A stretch of 60,754 nt of DNA, counting the filler, from Sphacelaria rigidula (lineage: Eukaryota), in the NCBI GenBank assembly GCA_964200075.2. It is 9 parts of 9 records of this genome, joined end to end, with 100 filler letters (N's around TTAATTAATTAA, not from the genome) between each part and the next. Parts side by side here need not be neighbours in the genome. Positions count along the whole stretch, not along the records: positions 20,287 to 26,948 come from CAXNAA020018762.1; positions 27,049 to 33,710 come from CAXNAA020018763.1; positions 33,811 to 40,471 come from CAXNAA020018764.1; 6 more parts are not named here. The stretch is one strand, 5' to 3'. Positions within the stretch are counted from its first letter, which is position 1. Each line of letters starts with the position of its first letter. Positions 25,238 through 36,800 of this stretch are shown in pieces. Under the pieces are notes generated by a model. That model made no database searches. It was given only the letters and a program-made list of their open reading frames with translations, and was not told the DNA's origin. The translations under genes were made by a program, and so were the position numbers.

Positions 25238-26127
25238 CGGGGGGGGAGGTACTTATTTTTGGCTTGCCTTAGTCATCTGACCATCCACCACGCATTCCTT
25301 TCGAGACGGAGCACCGTTCCTACTCCCAATAGAGACACCTTCAACAATTCGGCTCCCACTACGTTTTTACACATACTGCATAAGAGCCATATACATATCT
25401 TATCCCCTTCCTGTGCCGCCGTATGTGGCCACCATCTCTCTCGTGGTACGTAGAGCGATCGTTTTCTCGCTAATATCTAAGGAACAAACGTTTTCGTGCC
25501 ACACTCGTTTAGTTTATCATTTCTTACTCTACCTTCCTGCTGCTCCTTCTACAGCTCATGTTCTCTCACTGCATAAGTCCTATTCTCTGTTGCCTTGCAA
25601 CGAGGTCAGTTTTGTGCATGCTCTCCCCGTCCATACTACTACTGGTATACCTCTTTCTCCTTTTCGGCAGGTTCTGACCCCAACCCGAAATCGCACTTAC
25701 AGTATTTTCGCGTAGTCCATTAGACTATGCAAATATCATGTCTAACTACTCTGTATCCCCATCTCTTCTCTCAACCCCCCGTATATTCTTCCTCGTCCAC
25801 TTTCTGTCCTACAGCGCTAGCTTCTCCCTTAGTTTCATCCTTTCTTTTACTCTTGTCTTGTATTACCCCCACTTACCTGTGGACATTATATGCCCCTGGC
25901 TTCCTCTTATGTCTTTCCACACTTTCTCATCCACGTCATCCGACTTTATTCCAGCTTCCCCTCTTGTCACTTTCTTCCATACAGACCTATCAACTATGGC
26001 CTGTGACCCTTTTCTTAGCATGTTCCATACACGATCTTTGCCATTTTAACCTTCTCATGTCAAGTGGATACATTCGCATTTATGCTTTCAAGACCGTACT
26101 ACTCGTAGTTTTTGAGCATCCAAGCTT
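25238..26127 (-). mobile_element. Degenerate 5'-truncated poly(C)-tailed LINE (ORF2 C-terminal region)
   Basis: Frameshifted peptides LGCSKTTSSTVL, DMRRLKWQ, AIVDRSVWKKVTRG, RFRVG, RRKRYTSS, SEKTIA, WWPHTAAQEGDK and SRNGAPSRK. Its distal part is collinear with the 30.1-32.06 kb copy. G-runs at both ends. Confidence 0.8.
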
Positions 26128-26632
26128 AGGAGGGAGGGGGCATTGAAGTTGCGACAAACAGTAAGAATTAAAAACGCCTCCCAAATCTCAGTCAATAATT
26201 TCGTGTCTTTGGGTCGGGATCTTAGAACTGCCTCGTTGGCGGAGAGGTACATTATAGTCATTCTCCAGCGAGTCATTGTATACTCATCGATACGAATGAC
26301 CTTGACCTGGTTGTAATGTAAAATACTCCCAAAGTCAGGTTCCGAAAAATGTCAAAGGGTGACGTGCGCGTGAATTCACTCACCAATACCGCGAGGGCGC
26401 CAGCAGACCACATGAACCAGGCAGTTTCCCAAAACTCGTCCTTGTCAGGAGCAAGAACCAGGTCTACGATCGGGTCGAAGTATAGGGCGCCGGAAGATGC
26501 GGGAAATCTGACGGTGAAAGATGACGTCCCGACTAGAGGTAGAGACTCCACCTGTCCCCCGTATATACAATGTCAGGGTAGATAGTGGTGAAGGCAATGA
26601 TCGTCTCTTTGAAAAGCGTTAGCATTAAGACA

Positions 26633-26890
26633 GACATTTTCTACGATAGCCCCCCCCCAAAACGCTCCTAGTTTGGGGAGGCAAAATGTTCACGTAAATC
26701 GAAGCGGAAAAAGCCGAGCCCAACGAGCAGCTGGGGAATTTCCACGCTTGGGTTCGTTCTCACCAATATCGCCCATATGAGGCACTTCATGCAGCCTGGA
26801 CCCAAACATCAGGCGCTGTATGAGCACTTTTTTTCTTCAAACTTTTGGGATGGTTGTGGGGGGGGGGGGGGGGCTATGGTAGAAAGTGTC
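26633..26890. mobile_element. MITE; partial copies at about 40352-40471 and 54224-54335 (inverted)
   Basis: TIRs GACATTTTCTACGATAGCCCCCC / GGGGGGCTATGGTAGAAAGTGTC. Confidence 0.75.
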
Positions 26891-27174
26891 GATAATATAG
26901 GGTACGAAAAAAACGAAAAGAGACACCGTCACTATTTCTTTCACGAATNNNNNNNNNNNNNNNNNNNNNNNNNNNNNNNNNNNNNNNNNNNNTTAATTAA
27001 TTAANNNNNNNNNNNNNNNNNNNNNNNNNNNNNNNNNNNNNNNNNNNNCACAAAAATCAAGGGGAATCAGGGTATGTATTACTTGTGAAAACAAGACGTA
27101 CCTGCTCTGACAACTTTTAGCCTTTGCGTAATTTGGGATCAGCTGCAGCACCGTGGGGATCGCATCGCGTCTGG

Positions 27175-27765
27175 TGTTTACCGGGTATATCCCCGGTATT
27201 TCCCGGGGTATCGCATACCGTGGTTTGCGTGGGTATCGTAGGTATGAGTTTTGAAAATATCCGATTGAGCGGGTACGGTAGGTATTGGAATATCGAAATA
27301 CCGTGGTATCGTAGGTATCGTAAATATGAGTTTTGAAAATACCTGATTGAGCGGGTAGGATAGGTGTTGAATTATCGTTGAATTATAGCAATACCGTCGT
27401 ATCACAGGCATCGTATGTATGGGATTTGAAACTACCCGATTGAGCGGGTACAGTGGGTGATGAAATCTCGAAATATGGTGGTATCGTAGGTGTCGTTGGC
27501 ACGATTTTCGAAAATACCCGATTGGGCGGGCACGATAGGTATTGAAACCTCGAATGACCGTGGTATCGTGGGTATCGTACGTATGCCATTCGAAAAACCC
27601 GATCGAGCGGGTACGGCAAGTCTTGAAACCTCGAAATATCGTGGTATCTTGGATGTCGTAGACATGATATTTGTAAATACACGATGGATCCCGTATCGGT
27701 AGGGTGAGAGATGTTCCAAATACCGGTACCGGGTACTGGTACCTACCAATAACCTAGGGTGCCTG
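27175..27765. mobile_element. CAGGC-TIR MITE family copy, inverted relative to 15.8-16.5 kb
   Basis: GGTATCGTAGGTAT subrepeats; ends ...GGTACCGGGTAC...GGTGCCTG. Confidence 0.65.
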
Positions 27766-29395
27766 TGCAGTCTGTAGTGTCACCACATTCATTCAAACTG
27801 GAGACCCGTGAGCTGCCCGTAACTAGAGCGTGACTGTAGGCACCGCACTTATATGTAGTGTGTTGCGTGCTAATTTTTAATAGCAGCAGATCGTCGACGT
27901 CGCACATCGCACACTCGCGAGTACCTGCGAAATGGGCCGCATGGCACACCTCCCTATCAGGGAGGCTTCAAGCGGTAGCGGCCTCTGTACTGTACAGTAC
28001 AGTATATTTACACTGTACAGACAGTACAGTATATTTACAGATAGTATGAAAAAAACCAAACCCTACTTCTTACTGTATATATTTGTTATCATATACTATA
28101 ATACAGTATATCCAGAGTGTGAGTATTGTGTACTGTACACGCGGTCGGTTTGACGCGATAGCGCCCCCTTGTACAGAGCAAGTGCGATACCTCCCAATAA
28201 GACCGCCGTCACGCAACCGTAGAGTGCTACATATTACTCACTGCACCATGTGCCAAAACGGGTCTAACCTCCAAGCGTGAGTTAGTTTGATGGCGACGAC
28301 ACCTCGATAGGCAGGTCACACACGACCTCACCATGCACAGATACACCAGAAGCTTGTCCTCACATGATCGCTGTATTTCTTCGCAGACGTCGAACCCTAT
28401 TCGGCCACCACGTCTCCCAGCACAGATCAACATGAGCCGCGGCCGCCTCTATGAGCGCGTCACCATTCACACTAGCGTCCAGCCCCGGGGTTGACCCATT
28501 GCGTATGCGTCGCCTCGCCCCGACAGTCGCTGCAGCCTCGTAAGCGAACTCGCGAGGACGGTGTGGTAGGTTCTCGCAAACCTCCAATAATTGGTCCGCA
28601 ACAGCGGTCGCATCTCCGTCGATGTGGGCGTCAACTGCAACGCGCACTGGATACTCGTGGTGGGGGCTCGCGTGTTGCGCCATTACGTTGTATACCGGAT
28701 AGAGGTGTGCAGGTAGTACGAAGCTCAGGCGTCACTGAAGATACAGACACAGTGTGCCGAGCGTGTTCCAGCACATACTTTTATAATTTGTTATCTATGG
28801 TTGATATAGCTTGACCAAAATGGGTTTTGGGAGTTTACAGCGAGATAGTCTTATAGGTCTTACGCTACCGGAACAAAAGTGCTCATTTTGACGACCGTGA
28901 TCGATCAGAATGGTCATCCCGCGCCTCACGGGCCTCGTCCACGGCTAATAATTTTCCACGGGAAACTTCCAAACACACATGGTTGAGGGCGTGAGCTGCT
29001 CTGATGCTCTGCGAATACCCGCCCCCCCCCAAAAAAAAACCCACCCCCCCCGAGCTCTGGAAACCCCCGGATGTCTCGAGACTGGCGGCCTGTACGACTG
29101 TTCCGAGGCGATGCTCGCTGTCTAAGGGTTGAAGTCGATTGTGTTATCTGCCGGTCATCATTCAGAGGTTTTTAAACTTCAGCCCCTGAGCGTACAAAGC
29201 AACACTTTCATGTGCTTGGAATTTTTGTCCGGAATTCACTTTCTCTAACATGCCTGGGCTACTCGCTTCTGCATCAATCAGTATCATGTAGTAGTTTTCC
29301 GAAATTAAACAAAACCAACATGACCCCCCCCCCTCCCCCTCCCCGTACCCACCACGATCTTGGATCGGAAATGACCATACTGCACACATACGCAG

Positions 29396-29584
29396 CTGGG
29401 GCTGAACGACGATGCCAGCATGGCAAGCATGTCTCCGGGAGGGATGTTCGTGTCCTCCTTCGGTAGTAGCGTGCTGGGAGCCAAAGAGCAGCGCGCAAGG
29501 GAAAAACGGCGCCGCGAGGAGCTGAGAAGGAAGCTGGAGGATCTACCTTCGGCCCAATACGAGTACGAGCGCGTTGCTGCAGAG
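29396..29584 (+). CDS. CDC5L: Pre-mRNA splicing factor CDC5L/Cef1, internal exon
   Basis: cag acceptor and gtggg donor. Encodes LGLNDDASMASMSPGG...RRREELRRKLEDLPSAQYEYERVAAE, matching the CDC5 region L(G/N)xN...L..LP.P...YE(I/V)V. Confidence 0.75.
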
Positions 29585-30120
29585 GTGGGTGCGATTCATT
29601 GTCCGGTGGACGGGGGGGAAGAGGAGGAAGCAGTGAAAAGTTGAGTGGGTGCACTTTTCAAAATTTGCTTAGGGTAGGGTGGGGTACTGAGTATGATATC
29701 TTCTGAGATGCCGGTATCTTGGGTACACTGGAGCACTGAGTATTTCCGACAGTCAACGTAAGTACCCTGCGAAGCCTGGAATACCCCATCTCGGTGTGCC
29801 GGGGAGACGGGTTTACCCCAGCTCGTATCCCCGAATACATGGTTAGAAATTTTTTGAAACGTCGCTAAAACCCTAACTCACACCCGAATCCGTACCCAAG
29901 GCATACCCAGAACCCTCGGGCAAGGAGGCGTGCAAGGGGTGCCTTGGGCAAACAAAGTGTGCGTTGGCAGACCTTACAAGCGGTGCCGATTTTGATTAAA
30001 ATGCGTTCTGTGCGCGTTAGGGAACACTCGGGACTGTCAACATCACCAAAGATCCGAATATCGGTGTTTACTCTAAAATCAAGCATGTTTCAACCATGGA
30101 TTTGGGGATACGAACCGGGG

Positions 30121-32063
30121 CGGGGGGGCGTACTCATTTGTTGCTTGCCTTAGTCGTTTGACCCGTGACCACGCATCCCTTTCGAGATGGAGCACCGTTC
30201 CTTCTCCTAATAGGAACACCTTCAACATTCCGACGCTCATTACGTTTTTCTAATACGTTACGTGAAAACTAGGGCTGTGAACTGGCTGCTCTGGCCAGTT
30301 ACGTTTAAACGAGCCGCGCCAGCGGCCAGTACATCGATTGTTTTCCAGTTAATCGGCTCAGCCGATTAACTGGAAAACAGTCGGCGGCAAGCGGCGGCTG
30401 GTGAGGGGACCCCGCGGGAGCGCCGTCGGAGGCGAGAAAAATTGCGATATTTGGCTTGTTTTTCCTTAAAAAATGTGGAAAGTTGTAGAAAATCTACAAG
30501 TCTTGGATGACACAGGAGTGCTCGACAAAAAAAACTCCGAGACCCTATGTACCGCTCCGCCCCCCCGGCCTTCTCCCCCTCTCCCCCTCCCCGCCTCCGG
30601 CGGTCGTAGGATTTGTTTTCTTCACATCAAGAAACACTCAATAAATAGCCAGTTTGGGGCGACTTGGGTGAGGTAGCGCCCATGATTGTTGGCCCTATCT
30701 ATCTGCCACCACAAGATGCGATGCACATTGGGCGCAAATTGACGGTGCAGATAGTTGCGTCTAGCTTGATTGAGCAAGCATTGCACAGCATTGTGGTATT
30801 TGTCTGGCCTTGTTCTTGTCGTGTAAGTGTGATGTGCAATGTATTGCAGAAAACCATAAATGTAACTTCGCCTTACTTGGCTCCGAAGGTAAGCGAAGGA
30901 TTAGAGCTTCATGAACACGAATTGAAGTTTTAATACAAACCATTTTTTTTTTTATTTATTTTATTTTATTTTATTTTGTTTTGTTTAGTTTAGTTTTATT
31001 TTATTTTATTTTGTTTTTTTTTATTTTTGTTGTGAATGAGATTTGGTACCCCCCTCCCCCCCCCCCTCGAAATACGCCAGGATTCAAAAAAGGGGCATAG
31101 GGTCTCGGGTTGTTTTTTTGGTGCACTCTCGGATGAGATTCAAATCCCATTCAAATCGTGAGCGATTCGAAAACCATTCATCTGTAATATGCAGCTGCAG
31201 ACTCTCCGTCAGAAGAGGATAATGCGAACAAGCCAAGGCTGGTAGCACGCGGAGCGCAAAATGATTCACGTCCGGACCCACAAGCACGCATGCAGTTGAA
31301 TTGCAAGCCATGGTGTACTTTGTATTTCGTGGTCGCGGATTACCGTTTGTGTGCTATTTTTGATTCCAGATGTATGTCCTGCTATGAAGCGACAAACCTG
31401 GCATATATCCGCAATATCACTTCGAGGTGTAGTGACCACGAGTACTGTCCTGTACTGTCTGTACCTGTACTGTTGTCAGGTGCAGACCCTTATCCTGTTG
31501 CCGTTTTGTTCGTGATCATGTAAGCATCTTTGTCATAAACGCACCATACTAATAATGGTACAAACATAGCCGGTAAAGGCAAAGTTCAAATAAACTGAAG
31601 TTCTCATCACCATTTCCAGTGAAACTCCAGTTCCAGTTTAACTGCCAGTACAAACTGGTCCAGTTCACAGCCCTAGTAAAAACCGGTTCCATATCGTATC
31701 CCCGTCCCGTTTCGCCGTCTGTGGGCACGTTCTATCTCCTCATATGGCCATCGTTTTCCCCTACTGTCTCCTGCATCATACGATTTCATGCCACCTTCGT
31801 TCGCGCCCCACGTTTCCCCCTCTAGCACGTCCCGTTCCTCCTTGCATAGTTGACATTTTGCCACTATGTGAGTTCCGCTTTCTATTGCTTGACCGCAGGG
31901 GCAAATTCTGTGCATCCACGTCCTCGTCCTCTCGACTACTGGTATATCTCTTTTTTTTTTCTGGCAGGTCCAGGTCACCCACCCAAAATCGCATTTTCCA
32001 AAGTTTCGCCGCGTCAATTGGGCCATGTAGATGTGTTTTCATCCGTATCCCCTGCTATGAACT
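30121..32063 (-). mobile_element. 5'-truncated poly(C)-tailed LINE with TSD, interrupted by a hAT-like element
   Basis: Peptides MKTHLHGP, RFWVGDLDLPEKKKRYTSS, the CCHC knuckle CPCGQAIESGTHIVAKC and KRNERRNVEGVPIRRRNGAPSRKGCVVTGQTTKASNK*. TSD GGGATACGAAC(C/T)GGGG at 30105-30120 and 32064-32079. Confidence 0.85.
30270..31675. mobile_element. Non-autonomous hAT-like DNA transposon (1.4 kb)
   Basis: Perfect 16-bp TIR TAGGGCTGTGAACTGG, 8-bp TSD GTGAAAAC/GTAAAAAC (7 of 8 match) and subterminal CCAGTT repeats. Confidence 0.9.
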
Positions 32064-32175
32064 GGGATACGAACTGGGGGGGGGGAACTCTACTGATACG
32101 AGGGAGGGCGCGTCAGCTCGACAACAGAAGAAAAGTTGAGAGACAAAGATGTTCTTGTTTGCACCTTTCGCACAG

Positions 32176-32321
32176 GTGGAGGACGAGGCCGACGGTGCAC
32201 CTCTCCACGAGGAAGATGCGGCCGATCACGGTGCTCGCTTGGCAAGAGAGCAAGCTGCCCGAGAGGAGGCGGAGTTCCGGAAGCGCTCTCAGGCTGTCCA
32301 GAGGGATCTACCCCGGCCAGG
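32176..32321 (+). CDS. CDC5L: CDC5L/Cef1, next exon
   Basis: cag acceptor and gtagg donor. Encodes VEDEADGAPLHEEDAADHGARLAREQAAREEAEFRKRSQAVQRDLPRP; EDAAD...AVQ(R/K)DLPRP is characteristic of CDC5. Confidence 0.85.
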
Positions 32322-33606
32322 GTAGGTTGCTGGATATTGACCCGAAGGCGGGACGCTGTGGAGGATGATGCACAAAGTTTTACACCCTGGATAATGACAA
32401 CATATAGTACATTGTCAAAACATGTACTGCGACAGTACGGGATCTGTTGTGTATCGCAAGAGACGCAACAGTGGGCACTGAACACATTCAGCTTTTTTAC
32501 AACGTAATCTATTTGTCATTATCCAGGGTGTGCAGAGTTTTTATCCCTTGTTTTTCCTTGCTCTCATTTCCTTCTGGAGGATGACTGTAAATGTGTGTGC
32601 TGTTGATTGATACGTTTTGTTTTGTTCATTGTTCGTGGATGATGATTGACTGCAAATTGTGTGTTGTGTGTTTTGTTTTTGCCTTTTTTTACTCATGTGA
32701 AAGTGGATGGCTGTACTCTGTGTATGCTATTTTGTATCTCGTTGTTGTCGTGCAGTACTTGTTTCTCGTGTTGGCATCATCCAGTTTTGGTATGTTGGCC
32801 TTGTAGAGTGTTTGGATTTTTTTCTGTCTTCAGGCATTATTGAGGTATTCATGCGGCCACTTTGTTCATGTTTTATATTGGCTTCTATACGAATGCATAC
32901 CTTTGGCGACCGATAATTGTATGGTCCAAATTCGGTGTTGAGAAACATGAGCGTCCAGGAAAAGATTGAGGGGAGTCTATATTCGATTGATAAATTATCG
33001 CACTTTAACTAATCCAGGAAGCCTCCTGTGACAGAACAAGTCTGAAACACTCGGATAAGAAAAGAGAAGAAAAGAGAAGAAGAACAAACAAACAGAGTAA
33101 ACGAAGAAAATAAGAGAACAGAAAAAAAGTAGAAGATAAATCAGAAAAAAAGAAAAGAGGAAAGGAAAGGAAAGGAAAGGAAAGGAAAGGAAAGGAAAGG
33201 AAAGGAGGAAAAAGAGAAACAGCATCAAGGGAAGGTATAAGAGGAAAACTGTTGTGGCGGGGGTAGACACAAACTGATACTCAAGGCGATATTCAACAAT
33301 AAAAAAAGTCGTGAAAATAGACGATTGAACATGATCCACTCACTTGTAAACTTGTAAATAACGTGCTATAGATGAGTCATACCACAAAACGTTAACCCCT
33401 GACTTCAGCACTACCGTAAGCTGAATATCTTTGCGGATGTCGTGATACTGATTTTCGCACAGTAACTGATCCCAGGGGCACCCCGGGGGTCGCAAGATAA
33501 AACGTCATTTTCCAGTGAAACGAAATATTCTAAGTTTGGTGGGAAGCATTGGATTTTTGGACGTGTCGATTGGTCTTGATTATTCCCCCCCCCCCCCTCC
33601 CCCCTG

Positions 33607-33710
33607 ATGCTCCGTCTCGAAAGGGATGCGTGGTCAATGCTCCGTCTCGAAAGGGATGCGTGGTCAATGGTCAAATGACTAAGGCAAGCAACAAATGAGT
33701 ACGCCCCCCC
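33607..33710 (+). mobile_element. Short 3' fragment of the poly(C)-tailed LINE with an internal 30-bp tandem duplication
   Basis: C-run upstream, then (ATGCTCCGTCTCGAAAGGGATGCGTGGTCA)x2, then ...AACAAATGAGTACGCCCCCCC. Confidence 0.8.
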
Positions 33711-33810
33711 NNNNNNNNNNNNNNNNNNNNNNNNNNNNNNNNNNNNNNNNNNNNTTAATTAATTAANNNNNNNNNNNNNNNNNNNNNNNNNNNNNNNNNN
33801 NNNNNNNNNN

Positions 33811-36800
33811 GACGGGAAAGTCAATTGTTTCGGGTCTGACTCTGAATCTGAAACTACGTTCTGAATCTCACGAATATAGTGTTAGTGGAGAGTTTCGGAA
33901 GATTTTGTTTCTGATCGTAGAGTCAGAGCGCAGAGTGGAAGCGTTGAAACTTCAGAGTGAACGCTAAAACGTTCATAGCGGAAGCTGATGTGACGTGGCT
34001 TGATGTGGACTTACTTTTCCCGCAGTGATTGGCCGCAGGTTGTGCCGCCAAATGAATGTGCGATCGCCCAGCGGGTAGTCAGATGCAGTTTGAAAATGCT
34101 AGTGTTGCGCCGATAGAAAAAAAAACAAAGTAATTCGAACCGTCCGCATACAAGAATCATTGTACACGAAATGAGCTACCACCAGCTGTAAAGCACCCGC
34201 AGCTCGCACGGGTGGGTAGCCCTACACGAAGGAGCACACGTCCAACAGGCGGCACTGGTGGGAAGCTTTGTTCAAGACGGAGTGTCGCTGCCAGTTTTCG
34301 GGTGAGAAGGTGATTAGTTTGGGAGTTGGCTGGTCTGCACGGTGTTGCTTTGTATGGGTTCCTCGTGGCCGGAATGTCGTGTGGTGGTCCGCAGAGTGGT
34401 GACGGCCACGCCGGGGGTTCGAAGGCCAAACGGTGTGCATGGGATAGTGTATGACGCATAGAATCTATCGTCAAAAACTGTATCGATTCGTGGAGGATGC
34501 AGTCCACAAGAGGCGATTGACTGCAAACATGTCTAGTGGTGGGCGACGACAGCAAACTGCATATAAATTTCAGTATAAAAGCTGATGATCCATGTCACCG
34601 CCCCCCGTTGTCATGATGTGTACTGTTCTCAAATGTTACAGTATTGTACCGCAAACCCCATACGCGTTTTGTCGGTCAGATGGGGTATGTGACAGGATGG
34701 CGACACATCGGTCACTGTTGCGTTCTGGGCTGTGCTGTTGTGTCTATACTCGAGTGTCATGTACTGTACCGTCATGTACTGTAAAACGAACAGCACGTCC
34801 CGGTGCGGTGCACTGTCTGGCGAAAGCACAGTACACAACACGCAGTCTTGTGGAGCCGCGTACTGTCGTCTCCTGCACTCCATTGCATCGTAATGTGCTG
34901 CCCCGTACTGATTAGGGTAGTCCGCGATCACATGCGGGGTAGTGTGCGGTGATACCGGAGAACACGCCGTCGCGTGTTGCCCGACAGTGTTGGGTGCAGT
35001 ACTCGACTGTACTCCACTCCGGTGTTACTTACTGAAAGCGATCGCGAACCGCCCGCTACGGTGCCGCCCTCTGTTATGCTGTAAGGCACTTGACTGCTTT
35101 CTACTTCGCTGCAGTGTACGGTGAAGTGCTGTGCAGGGGCCACTTTCATGATGTGTTCGGTATCACCATGTGCACTTCTATCCTGTACTGCAATGTATTT
35201 TGCTGTCCATCACATAACTTTCCTGTACTGTACTATATGGCTGGGTTCCGTAATAGGGTACTCCTGTCTGTTGGCCACTGCCGTGGTGAACGCATGGGTA
35301 GACGGCCCCGGCTGTTGGAAGCTTCATGGCACCAGTCCTCACCCGCTGGTATTCGCAATTTAACTCCAGGTCTGTCAACATGAACACGCCCTGCGAGGAA
35401 CGTCGCCGGAGAGGGCAGTGATCACCCGAAGATGAAGTAAGTGGCGCTGCCAGTCCGGTGAGAGGCGCCCCCCGTGTCATCATGCACAACATACCTTTCA
35501 TGGTCTACCGCTGCATTCGAGATTGTGTTGGAACGGGGGTGTACGGTAGTAGCTCCTGTATTCCGTCGAACATCAGTGTGTCTCACGTAATATGTAGATA
35601 ACTACGCAGTAGTGGGTGCGTGAAGTGTTGAGGGCTGTTTTGGGGGGTTTCTAGCCTGTTGCTCTTCGATACAACTCCAAAGTGCTAGCGTCGGTAGATG
35701 TTGATACATGAAACAGACCGTTGTTGAAACTAAGCGCACGAAATAAAGAGCGTTTTCGTGACATGAACAGTGGAGGATTCGATTGAGAATAAAAAGGCGT
35801 AAATTACTGAATGGACAGTCTCAGTTACGAAATGTCCCTCTACACGCCTGATATGCTACGTGCAGTTTCCGCCCACTGAGGCCGTTGATATCCTTGATCA
35901 CGATATCGACGTGTAACTGTAAGCACACGCCAGCGTCACGGGCGAAGAAACTCACGCACAGATTGAGAATATGGTAAAGTTGAAGCGAATGATCGAACCC
36001 ACTCTCAATGGATGCTCTGCGCCCAATCTTACGAAAAAAATGATGTTGGTGTTGTATGGTGTAATCGGGCGACACAAGTAGAAACCCCGTTGATTCGGAC
36101 GGGGTTACTCACCGTGAAACGCAGCTGTTCGGCTGTGGTGCGAAAGTTACGTGCAAATTGAAAATACACACCCCTTCATTGCCTCACACGTAGCTTCACA
36201 AATACGATCAGGACAGGCGCAGGCTCGATCGACCGAAAATATCGCACGGTCAAAATCTCGGCTGAAGGGCGGCAAGCCCCCCCGTCCTTGGCCACCCCAC
36301 AAGTCACCGAGTATTCAGTACACATGGAAGTTTTTCATCGGAATGGACAGCGGATACGACTTTCTTCAGATCCTCAACGTCATGAGCCGTGGCAAATGAT
36401 GCATTCTCAGAAGGCCGCCAACCACGTAGAAATCACAGGAGGAACAGTTCCGAGGGCCACTACCATATACTCCCTCCGTCCGGAAAAATAAGATCGGTTA
36501 GGATATTCCAAATACAAGATCGCTTGTGTCGTTGAAGGGGTTACAAAATGTATTTTTGTGCCATTTGCATTTTGCCGTGCTCCCACTGGTATACAGATTG
36601 AAGATGTGGCCAACAACGGGGTTCGACAAATTTGCATCCCGCCGAATAATTGTTATTACTCATCATCGAGTAATGGAGTAATCGAGTAGGTGTCATCAGA
36701 ATGAACGACTCACTGGCGACGGTTTGACAAGACAGTTTTACCTTGAATCAACACTCATCATGGGTGGGCAACTCTAGGAATCCCTCGGTATTTCCTCAAC

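Noticed and set aside
28360..28683. 107-aa GC-rich ORF on the - strand
   Set aside because: No recognisable motif or supported exon structure; it may be a decayed element upstream of the CDC5L exon.
36560..36610. LYTSGST as an AMP-binding (adenylation) motif
   Set aside because: It lacks the following GxPKG and sits in a stop-ridden transposon interior; likely chance.
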